Origin: a bacterium
Lineage (GTDB): Bacteria > SAR324 > NAC60-12
Assembly: GCA_965205865.1 (NCBI GenBank)
Contig: CBDBHR010000029.1
Span: 160,001-224,000, forward strand
Length of the DNA: 64,000 nt
Reading direction: 5' to 3'
Both the position numbers and the translations under genes were made by a program. Shown here one piece after another: positions 10,443 to 18,893 of the stretch; positions within the stretch are counted from its first letter, which is position 1, and every line of letters starts with the position of its first letter. A model generated the notes under the pieces. The model was not told the origin of the DNA. It saw only the letters and a program-made list of their open reading frames with translations, and searched no databases.

Positions 10443-12195
10443 GGGAGGGTCCTTTGTACCGGTAGTCAAACACGCACGATGAGCCCACCATCTCGCGAAA
10501 CCACAACGTGGCGCTGGCGCCCATCGAATCAGTCAGGCGGACGGGTTCGTTAAGACTGAAGTGAACCGGTTGCTGCAGACCATCTTCGATCGCCACGTTG
10601 TCGGCATAAAGATAAGTGCGATCCAGATGGTCGAGTATGGGATTCAACCGTCCCCGGATGCCTGGCAGATGTCCCGTCCGGTTGGCGATGATCAGTGAGC
10701 CTCCATTTCGCATGGATTGCATACGCAGATCAAACGGCCCGTCGTCAGGCATATAGTCGCTCGCTACTTGCGCCATGAAACCCGGCGCGGCGCACAGCAC
10801 GGTCATCGGTAGCCTCGTATGCACTTCGAAATCCGCATGCCCAAATTCATCTGTGCGCTCCTCCCGGTATGTCTTGTTCGGATAGATTAACAGTACGTGT
10901 ACGTTCCGCAGGGGTTCGCCAGTGTCGTGGTGGTGGATCGAAATTCCTGCTGCAATGCCGTTGGGCAAGGGCGGGCTAGCTGCCGGTAGGACAAGCTTTA
11001 GTTCCCGTTCGCCAATCAATTCGAAAACGGGCTTCTTCCCGGAGAGAGCGAAGGTCTCGTCCTCGATGACGGCGATGCCCTCGCCGCGTCGTTCGATAAA
11101 GTACTGTCGTCCACCGGCGCCGGGCACGTCACCAGCCGGACATTGTCCCAACCGGGAAGCCAGTAATTCGTTGCGCGTGAACTGACTGGTACGCAGATCT
11201 TCGGTCGTCATGGAGTTGCACAGACCGCCGGGTGAATAGAGTTCCAGCCGGTCATCGAATATGAACAGGCGTATCTGCGACTCCGAAACCGCGTAGTCCC
11301 GGTGAACCACGGCGTTGACCACGGCCTCGAAGACTGCGCATTCACTGTATTGGGGCACGTCACTACGTGCAGGTTGCTTACAGGCGGTGACGCGCCGGTT
11401 GCGAACGACAAAGCGCATCGCATCCAGAATTTGCTTGTCAAGAGGTCCGCTGATATCCTGGGCATCGAGTTGCCGGTTACCGTTCATCCGTTGGCCTTCG
11501 TAGCAAACAGCCTGGATGTAGGCATTCGGCAGCCAGTCACGGGGATCTTTGGCGGCGAGCAGCAAACCACCGACCGTGGCGCGGAGCGTTTCTCTTTGAT
11601 CGTCTTTGAGGAATTTCAGTTTTGAGAGGACGATCTCGGCGGGCTCGTTTATGCGTGAGCTCGCGTACCGTCTCCACAACTCAAGGCGTAAGCTGTTGAT
11701 ACCGGTATCGCGGACGACCTGCGTATCGGTGGCAGTGGCGTCGGATTGTCCACGCGATTGCAGCAATCGCCGGATTGCATCGGGTTGCATCAATCGGTTG
11801 CTGTCGCCTCGTCGCCGGAAGTAGCCGCCGGGCGAGCGGTGAACGGTTTCACCCGCTGGTATTTCGACGAGCAGGACACCTCCTCCCGTTGACGCCTGCA
11901 CCCGGTAGATATTGAATTCCACCGGTGGTTCGATACTGTCCGCACAGATATCGGTCACGAGGTTCACCAGAGCATCCAGTTGCTTCGGGTCCAGTGATTG
12001 CGGCTGACGATCATCCGAGACACCCAGGACGAGACGACCGCCGCGGGAGTTGGCAAACGCAGCTAACTCGTCAGCAAGACTGTCGCGATGAGGGGCGTAA
12101 ATCCGTTGACCTAGAAATCCAACTTCTTTCAGCTCGAGATCACTGTCCTCACCGAGACAAACCTGTTCCCAGAAACTTGTGGTATCGATTGGCAT
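10435..12195 (-). CDS. Schlafen/AlbA_2 + RecG-C-like HATPase_c_4 protein with extra ~175-aa C-terminal beta-rich module
   Basis: GEDSDLELKE, AAFANSRGGRLVLGVSDD, EAVVNAVVHRDY, SPGGL, ERRGEGI; stop overlaps the pglZ start (ATGAGTAA). Confidence 0.85.
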   Translation of the reverse strand: MPIDTTSFWEQVCLGEDSDLELKEVGFLGQRIYAPHRDSLADELAAFANSRGGRLVLGVSDDRQPQSLDPKQLDALVNLVTDICADSIEPPVEFNIYRVQASTGGGVLLVEIPAGETVHRSPGGYFRRRGDSNRLMQPDAIRRLLQSRGQSDATATDTQVVRDTGINSLRLELWRRYASSRINEPAEIVLSKLKFLKDDQRETLRATVGGLLLAAKDPRDWLPNAYIQAVCYEGQRMNGNRQLDAQDISGPLDKQILDAMRFVVRNRRVTACKQPARSDVPQYSECAVFEAVVNAVVHRDYAVSESQIRLFIFDDRLELYSPGGLCNSMTTEDLRTSQFTRNELLASRLGQCPAGDVPGAGGRQYFIERRGEGIAVIEDETFALSGKKPVFELIGERELKLVLPAASPPLPNGIAAGISIHHHDTGEPLRNVHVLLIYPNKTYREERTDEFGHADFEVHTRLPMTVLCAAPGFMAQVASDYMPDDGPFDLRMQSMRNGGSLIIANRTGHLPGIRGRLNPILDHLDRTYLYADNVAIEDGLQQPVHFSLNEPVRLTDSMGASATLWFREMVGSSCVFDYRYKGPSHE

Positions 12196-12383
12196 GGCAT
12201 TTTCCTCAATCTTGCGTAATCATTTTTTGCAGGTGAAATTCAGGAATTTTATGTCCGTTTTGACGGCCCGTGGAGTAGTCTGCCGCCAAGGTCATTTCAT
12301 TCACGTTGGAATCTGAACCGGATAAATTGGTTACCTTTCCTCCCTCGTGCGCATTGATCACGTGTTCGGCTCGACTCATTCTA

Positions 12384-15300
12384 TCAACGATCGATCTTCT
12401 TCAATTCGTCACCAATTCCGAGAAAACCAACTTGCTCCATGCGATCGATTATGTCCAGGCAATGCGTCTTGACGTTTTCATCTGTTGTTTGCTGGTATTG
12501 ACGCACTATGAGCTTTGAAATAATAAGGGCAACTGTCGACTCGCGGTTGGCGATATTCGTCCCTTCTTCATCAACAGACTCCAAAATGCGATCTGCCGCT
12601 GGGCAAATGATCTCTGGAAGTTCGACGTTCGATTCTTCAAGAACGCGTAGAAGGTCATCCGCTCCACTTTCAAATGATTTGCTCTCAATGAACCCTGAGA
12701 TAAAATCTTTCAATTGCAGGAGCCTTTCTCCCGGAATATTAAAAAACACTCTGGAAACCTCTTGTCGTACGGATTTGGAGTTATCGTCAAAGAATTCTCG
12801 CAATAGTTCCGCGCATCGGTCACCGACGGTTTCGTGTAAAAGGTTCCCAGCGTAAACTCTGGCCGCAGCTTTTCGCATCGTTTCGCTGCCTGCCCTGATG
12901 TCTGCCGCATCGCATCCAACGTCAACGTGTTCGAGTTCTGCCAAGGTTATCTGAAGAGCGGCGTTCTCAACTGCTTCAGTATTCTCAGAACGCAGCGTGA
13001 ACTGGATTATTTCTCGTAATTGCGCATAGTGAGTGTGTATGGCGTAATGGATAAAATCACTGAAAGGCTCAGTGGCGCATATCGCTTCTGAACGACCACA
13101 TGTCTTGAGAAACAAATCAACCGCCAGATCTCGATTGAAGTTGAGCAGCGGCAGGAAAGCGTCGACTGCGCAAGTACGCACCGAGATTACCGGATCATTC
13201 GACAAGGATTCCAAGGCGGGTCGCAAGGCATCGATTCGCGATTGATCACCGTAAAGCAGCGATGCTATCGTCTGCGCAGCTTTTCCACGAACAGAATTAA
13301 TCCCGTGAGAATACGGGTCGCCTGAGTAATAACTGGTTCCATTTCCGGCGTCCTTCTGCCAGATGTCCGTCTCCGGATCAGGGTCGCTGGTGGCATAGTA
13401 AGAAACAATCTCCAGGATTCGCGATGGAAGGTGCCGGCTGGCTAAGACCCGGATACAGTGCAGGATTGAAGACCCGCTTGGTCTGCCCGGAAGCGAGTGC
13501 AGACGATCAATGATTTTTAAGAAAGTTTCCGTTGGTGTCGCCTCTATTTTCTGCTGATCGGCTTTCTTTTCCTCTTCACCTTGCGTGAAACGACTGCAGA
13601 GTCCATCAAGAATGGCGGAGAAATAATATGGATGGAGGTCATCGGGCATCTTCATGGCCAACGACGCAAAGCGATCGCGTTCTTTTCTGGAGAAGTCGGT
13701 CAATAACCTGGAAAGTTGTTCAGCATCGCCCTTCAAGAAGTCCGCAGGGTCACCCCTGAAATCGTCAGTCGAACCGTCATATTCTCTCATCGCCGAGATC
13801 CATTGGTCATCGGTCATGAATTCGGCGTTGTTCTTTGGAATTGGAGACTCTACCAATGTTGCAAGGCGCGGCCCCTCTTCCTCCACAATTTTATCGGAGA
13901 GATCAGGAAATTTTCTTTCGAGTTCTTTAATCCTGGACCTCGCCTTTTCTGAAATTCGGGAATCGTCCAATGAGCGAAGCAGGAGCAACTCAGAATAACC
14001 ACGGCGCCTCGGTGTTTGCTTCTCGTAGTCTTGACAGTAGCCGATGATGCGAGATTCAAATTGCTCAAATAGTTTGGCCGAACAATGCGATGAAATTTTC
14101 CGGAGAGCAATCCGGCTGATCGCGCTGTGGCCGGTACCTTCTCCCCTGATGGTCCACATTTCGTATCCAATATCCAATCGCCGCTGGTCCGCAAGCAAAT
14201 ATCCGGCGCACTCGTCGGCGAATTCTTGCGGGTTGTCGGCCCATGATCGAAGCAGCAAATATGAGAAAGTTTCATGTGGATGGTACGCGATCTGCGACAT
14301 ATAATGCCGAAAGAGTTCGACTTCATGCTTTGCCAGATGCTGCAGGGATTTTCGCAGATATAGCAAAATCGCATCGTCGATCTCGTAGGGAGCAACATTG
14401 TTCGACAGGGAAGGCCATAGACGATTCTTTACATATTCTCCTCTTCGATCTTCTGTCTGCAAAACGGTCGCTGTCAGACGAGGAAGCATTTTCTCGACAA
14501 AGTATTGAGGTTCCTTGGAAGCCAACTCCTCGATCATCTGCGCACCCGTGCGCGAATGATTCAGTTTACATTTATCTAAAAAATTCTGGGTTTTACCATC
14601 GTCGAATTGCTTCACGACCCGTTCAAACCATGTCGCCAGAACGTCGATGATGAATTTCGGACTTTTTTTCTTCACATTGTAATACTGGCTCCAAAAGTCG
14701 GAACCGGAGAATTCACCGACATAGTCGTCGTAGGCGCCTTGCGCAATCAGATCGAGATAGAGGGTAGTCATCCCCCTGCTCTGATGAGCTTTGCCCCACG
14801 ACATGATTCGCAGGATTCGCTGTCGCCAGTCCCCGTCGTATCCAACGTAGGGTGCAATCAACTCAGCTATGCGGGATGATCTTCTATCGTGCAGTTCCGG
14901 TATTTCCAGATACCGGGTTGCAATGTCGACGAGACGGGTGTCGTCGGAAGCAAGCCAGTTCTCATAAACTTCAAGCGAGTCCAGCAGGTCGAACCATCCA
15001 ACGTGGCCAGACATTGCTGCGTATATGTAGCGGGAAAGATCTCCATCCAACAAGTATGATTCTGCTAAGGACCAATCCTCCGGTTTTGGCTTGTCGATTT
15101 GCCCGAATCCTGACGCGACCATACGCATGATGTGAAAGCGAACTTTCTGCGATTCGAAGATTTCACGAACATCAGTTATATACTGGTCAAACTCCTCCTC
15201 TCTGCGAAAAGCGAGAATCTGACGCACCTGGGCTCTGCGGAACAAGTGCTGCTGTTTCTTCGATCCCAGAAAATCGACTACGCCATCTCCTTTTGCGCAA

Positions 15301-17051
15301 AATCGCCTGGCGTATGCATAGTCGAAGAACGATTCGTGGAAAAAGCGATACTGATGTTTCTCCTGATCCTCCACCAGCACGTGTTCCGAAATCATTGCCT
15401 TTGCATCTTTGGCCCAGTTGTCAATAACTAACTTGGGAGCAAAGAGAACTTGCTGTTCACTCATCCTCCCAGTCAGCGCATCGATTATAAGATCCCAATG
15501 TGATTCACGCCCAAGGCGTTCCTCCAAATTCTGACGCTTTCTGTCCCAATATCCCTTATACAACTCACCCACCGAATTGAAACGACGGGTCGGATCACCT
15601 TGGAGAAAAAGGAGCAGTTGGAAGGGAATACCGAGTAATTCAAGCTGTTGCTCTGTTGGGTTGAATTGAGCTTGTCCGGCCTTGCGAAGCGATTCCAGGA
15701 TGTCGGTCTTGTCCAATTTCTCGAGCGTATGTTTCGTAAAACCGGACTGAGAATCTCCCAGCCCTCTCAGACGGTAATCGTGATTCAGGTCGAAGTCCCG
15801 GCACGCCATCATCATTTTCATATGGGGATAGGACTGCACTTCATTGAGCAATTCACCGAACACCTCCCACATCCTGGGGTTGCGACCGGAAACGAGGCTG
15901 ATGGCATCCAGTTGGTCGACAACGAGCACGCTCGATGCGTTGTCCGCGATACCAGCGAGCACAACCGCCGGTGAAGCAGGTAAATCCAACTGTTCGCCGA
16001 GTTGACGAGTTGTATTGCAAGGATCGAGAGAGTCCATTCTCAAACATATGTAGGGTGTGCCTTTAACGGAAAGTTGAGAGAGACATTGCGCCAGTATGCA
16101 ACTTTTTCCGAACCCGCCAGGCGCTACGAGCAAAGCGCCGCGCGAATCAGTATCCCAGAGTGTAACAAGAATCTGCTCAACGATATTGCGGACGATTGGA
16201 GCCGAATTAATGAGTTCAAATTCCGTTACCTCCAGATAACGTTGGTTGATCTTTTTGACGAGTTTATTGACAGATAAATCGGTCTTCCAGTCACGGTTAC
16301 CGATCCCATTGCCTTGAAGAAACTGACGAATGTGGTCAGCATTGATCCGGGCGCCAAGACGATCGAGGATGAATTCGGCGATCATTCGACGAATATCGCC
16401 CGGCTTCAAAGGAGAACCGTCCGTGCGATAGAAATGATCGGAAATTCGTTGTTCCACAGTCTGGACTAGATCATTTTCTACACGCGTAATGACTTCAAAA
16501 CTCTTTAAGGCCGAGAATGCGAATTCTTCGTCACCGTTGCAAATTGGAACGATTTTCTGATCAAATTCTTTCTGGAGCTTTGGAAGTGGATTGATTTCAT
16601 TCTGGAGCTCTGGATGCTGGTTGAATTCATTCCGGAGTTTTGGAGAAAGTCTCTTTCGGAACTCGGAAAGGTCGTTTGACGATTGCGCACGTTCGGACAG
16701 TTCGCGAAGTTCGTTCGCCCCGGTTGACGATAAGAAGCGAGTTTCCGCATTGGGATATGAATGCCGCTTATTTAATAAATCGCCAAGGATACTCCGGCCT
16801 GTCTTCTTGTCTTCACGGCAGAGGTCCGCAATCGACCAGTCTCCGCCTGGCTTTTGACGTTTGACGGAGTGGAACTGCCGCTTGTTGTCGTTGGTCTCGA
16901 GATAGAACTCGACGCCGAGCGATTCATCGTCAAAGGGTTCGACCGTAATTGCCTTGAACGTTCCTACGAATACGTCGATGACCTTGTCAACGGTCCAAAC
17001 CGCCTCATATTGGTTACTGATTTTGTTTGCTTCTCCACCTGATCGAGGCAT
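12384..17051 (-). CDS. Avs/AVAST-like STAND (NACHT) NTPase with N-terminal PD-(D/E)XK-like domain and long helical C-terminus
   Basis: 1555 aa. Walker A APGGFGKS, Walker B VLVVDQLD, MACRDFD, FFHESFFDYAYAR. N-terminus NQYE..W...VEP....GVEF......HSVKRQ. Confidence 0.75.
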   Translation of the reverse strand: MPRSGGEANKISNQYEAVWTVDKVIDVFVGTFKAITVEPFDDESLGVEFYLETNDNKRQFHSVKRQKPGGDWSIADLCREDKKTGRSILGDLLNKRHSYPNAETRFLSSTGANELRELSERAQSSNDLSEFRKRLSPKLRNEFNQHPELQNEINPLPKLQKEFDQKIVPICNGDEEFAFSALKSFEVITRVENDLVQTVEQRISDHFYRTDGSPLKPGDIRRMIAEFILDRLGARINADHIRQFLQGNGIGNRDWKTDLSVNKLVKKINQRYLEVTEFELINSAPIVRNIVEQILVTLWDTDSRGALLVAPGGFGKSCILAQCLSQLSVKGTPYICLRMDSLDPCNTTRQLGEQLDLPASPAVVLAGIADNASSVLVVDQLDAISLVSGRNPRMWEVFGELLNEVQSYPHMKMMMACRDFDLNHDYRLRGLGDSQSGFTKHTLEKLDKTDILESLRKAGQAQFNPTEQQLELLGIPFQLLLFLQGDPTRRFNSVGELYKGYWDRKRQNLEERLGRESHWDLIIDALTGRMSEQQVLFAPKLVIDNWAKDAKAMISEHVLVEDQEKHQYRFFHESFFDYAYARRFCAKGDGVVDFLGSKKQQHLFRRAQVRQILAFRREEEFDQYITDVREIFESQKVRFHIMRMVASGFGQIDKPKPEDWSLAESYLLDGDLSRYIYAAMSGHVGWFDLLDSLEVYENWLASDDTRLVDIATRYLEIPELHDRRSSRIAELIAPYVGYDGDWRQRILRIMSWGKAHQSRGMTTLYLDLIAQGAYDDYVGEFSGSDFWSQYYNVKKKSPKFIIDVLATWFERVVKQFDDGKTQNFLDKCKLNHSRTGAQMIEELASKEPQYFVEKMLPRLTATVLQTEDRRGEYVKNRLWPSLSNNVAPYEIDDAILLYLRKSLQHLAKHEVELFRHYMSQIAYHPHETFSYLLLRSWADNPQEFADECAGYLLADQRRLDIGYEMWTIRGEGTGHSAISRIALRKISSHCSAKLFEQFESRIIGYCQDYEKQTPRRRGYSELLLLRSLDDSRISEKARSRIKELERKFPDLSDKIVEEEGPRLATLVESPIPKNNAEFMTDDQWISAMREYDGSTDDFRGDPADFLKGDAEQLSRLLTDFSRKERDRFASLAMKMPDDLHPYYFSAILDGLCSRFTQGEEEKKADQQKIEATPTETFLKIIDRLHSLPGRPSGSSILHCIRVLASRHLPSRILEIVSYYATSDPDPETDIWQKDAGNGTSYYSGDPYSHGINSVRGKAAQTIASLLYGDQSRIDALRPALESLSNDPVISVRTCAVDAFLPLLNFNRDLAVDLFLKTCGRSEAICATEPFSDFIHYAIHTHYAQLREIIQFTLRSENTEAVENAALQITLAELEHVDVGCDAADIRAGSETMRKAAARVYAGNLLHETVGDRCAELLREFFDDNSKSVRQEVSRVFFNIPGERLLQLKDFISGFIESKSFESGADDLLRVLEESNVELPEIICPAADRILESVDEEGTNIANRESTVALIISKLIVRQYQQTTDENVKTHCLDIIDRMEQVGFLGIGDELKKIDR
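16561..16650. repeat. 3 x 30-bp in-frame imperfect tandem repeat within the STAND gene
   Basis: tcaaattctttctggagctttggaagtgga / ttgatttcattctggagctctggatgctgg / ttgaattcattccggagttttggagaaagt, encoding PKLRNEFNQ / PELQNEINP / PKLQKEFDQ. Confidence 0.85.
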
Positions 17052-17115
17052 GTGAATTACCTGCGAAATTATTGAAAATCAATCCACCATAAATTGCGCT
17101 TTGGAAACAAATCGT

Positions 17116-17308
17116 TCATTCGTCTTCTCCGCTGCGCGTCAGAGCTTGGTCGTACCACATGAGGAGTTTGGGGTCCTCCTGGAGCACGGTCTCGGGTATT
17201 TTACGGGCTGCGGTGATGATGGTGACATAGTCGCGCTCTTGCCAGGCTTTTGGAAGCCAGTTCAAATGCATCCAAGCGAAACACCTTCAGGGGTCACTGT
17301 TTGGATTC
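17116..17308 (-). pseudogene. Decayed 3' fragment of a second pglXI methyltransferase
   Basis: Aligns with 25045-~25237. Reads ESKQ*PLKVFRLDAF, then a 2-nt deletion, then AWQERDYVTIITAARKIPETVLQEDPKLLMWYDQALTRSGEDE*. Confidence 0.92.
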
Positions 17309-17414
17309 CAAGAATGCCTTCTTGCGGAAGAAGGCCGGCGGGGTCGGCAACCACGATCAGCCGGGCCACCTTGGCATTGAACTCCCTGAGGATCAAGTCG
17401 CGCCAGTCACTCAC
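17309..17414 (-). pseudogene. 5' fragment (~35 codons) of a second pglZ
   Basis: GTG-SDWRDLILREFNAKVARLIVVADPAGLLPQEGIL vs resident MSNWRDSILREFTANESRLTVVADPDGLLPEEDVL; both share the upstream TACAAAGGA RBS region. Confidence 0.92.
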
Positions 17415-17431
17415 GGATACCTTCCTTTGTA

Positions 17432-18685
17432 TCAATCTTCATCCCCAGGTTGCAGGCTCGCGGCAAAAAAAGTCAGTAAAAGTTCGGAATCGTCAATCAG
17501 ACGATAAACTGGTTTCTTTCCGGAAATTTTTTCACTCTCTTCTATGATGATTGGAACGCCGTCGCCTCGCTTTTCCATGTAAAAACCGCGTCCATCATCT
17601 CCCACTGTTTTCACAGGCGTTTCTGCAAACAAGCTTGTAATCAATTCGTTACGTGTTGCCTGACGCAGGGATATGCTGTCAATGGTCACCGTGTTCGGGA
17701 GAGCACCTGGCGAGTAAATTTCCAGACGATCAGCAAACATGAAAAATCGAATTTTCGAGGCAAAAATAGAGTAGTCCCGGTGAGCCACGGCATTGACAAT
17801 TGCCTCGAAGACGGCTCTTTCACTGAATTGTTTCATTTCCACTCTATGGGGCTTTTTCACGGCCGAGACCGTTTGGTTTCTCCTGAGAAAGGCCATTGCC
17901 TGTTCAACTTGCTGATTCAGCGGGCCGCGAATCTGTTGGGCGTCTCTCTGGTAATTGGAATCCTGCTTTTTCCCACGATAGCGCACTGCTTCGATATACG
18001 CGTTGGGCAAAAAGCGTTCGGGCTCCTCACAACAGAACAAAACACCGGCAACCGAAGCCCGAATGATCCCACTTTCTTCTTTCGACAATAGACCACGTTT
18101 AAGGAGCACAATGTCGGCAGGTTCGCTGTACCTGGTTGTATAGTTGGCCGATAGTTTTTCCGACAAATCGTCAATGCTTGCTTGCGGAACCGGCTGTTCC
18201 TCGAATCGAATCAAACGGGCCTGACTTCGTTGCTGGAACAATCGTGCCAGGTATTCGGGAGGCATCTGCCGTCTTGAACTTCCTTGCCGAAAGAAATATC
18301 CCCCGGAACTCCTGTGAACGAAAAGACTGCTTGGAATCTCTATTTTGATCACTGCTTGCGAAACACCGGTACTGTCTGGAACTCGCATGCGAAACGAGCG
18401 AAACAGAACAGGAGGTTGGATGTTATCGTTACAGATTTCATAGACAAAACGTTCGACAGTATCGAGGTTGTCTATAGGAATGCCGACGACGTCTCTCGTC
18501 TTATCATCCACACCCAGCACCAGCACGCCGCCATGGGAGTTGGCGAATGCTGCTAGTTCGTCGGCCAACTCATCATGCCTCGGATCGGAAACCTGGCTGC
18601 CTCTGAATCGGACTGTCTTGAGTTCCAATAAAGAGTTTTCTTCAATATGTATCTTTCGTAGCAGTTCTGCCGTACTTTCAAACAC
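17432..18685 (-). CDS. Schlafen/AlbA_2 + RecG-C-like HATPase_c_4 protein
   Basis: EENSLLELK, AAFANSHGGVLVLGVDD, EAIVNAVAHRDY, SPGAL, EKRGDGV; GTG start at 18685 after GAGGAA. Confidence 0.87.
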   Translation of the reverse strand: MFESTAELLRKIHIEENSLLELKTVRFRGSQVSDPRHDELADELAAFANSHGGVLVLGVDDKTRDVVGIPIDNLDTVERFVYEICNDNIQPPVLFRSFRMRVPDSTGVSQAVIKIEIPSSLFVHRSSGGYFFRQGSSRRQMPPEYLARLFQQRSQARLIRFEEQPVPQASIDDLSEKLSANYTTRYSEPADIVLLKRGLLSKEESGIIRASVAGVLFCCEEPERFLPNAYIEAVRYRGKKQDSNYQRDAQQIRGPLNQQVEQAMAFLRRNQTVSAVKKPHRVEMKQFSERAVFEAIVNAVAHRDYSIFASKIRFFMFADRLEIYSPGALPNTVTIDSISLRQATRNELITSLFAETPVKTVGDDGRGFYMEKRGDGVPIIIEESEKISGKKPVYRLIDDSELLLTFFAASLQPGDED

Positions 18686-18893
18686 GATGTTCCTCAAGTG
18701 CAATGCGGATATAACAATTTTAATTGAGTGGTCGTTCCTCAGACTGCTACTTAGCGACGTTCTTCCAATTCGGCGTCACAGTTGCCAAAGATGAGGGAGA
18801 TAAGTCCACCGTTTCCCGGATAAGTTCATCGAAGAGATAGACATAACGTCCGGTTGAGCCATTATGGACAAAACTTATTGCCGCGTTTTCATT

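Noticed and set aside
12196-12383. Possible remnant of the missing brxHII 5' end (DYSTG...KI)
   Set aside because: Similarity is only 3-4 residues, from memory; not supportable.
16561-16650. Repeats considered as a CRISPR array
   Set aside because: Units are contiguous with no spacers, are in frame within a CDS, and no cas genes are present.
17101-17547. Plus-strand ORFs METNRSF... (17101) and METDRSF... (25030) as a duplicated gene
   Set aside because: They are antisense readings of the pglXI 3' end and its relic copy; the meaningful conservation is on the minus strand.
18747-18893. 48 open codons in frame after the receiver gene's TGA (readthrough or HNH remnant)
   Set aside because: No HNH or other motif is seen, and the receiver protein appears to end naturally after WLRR.
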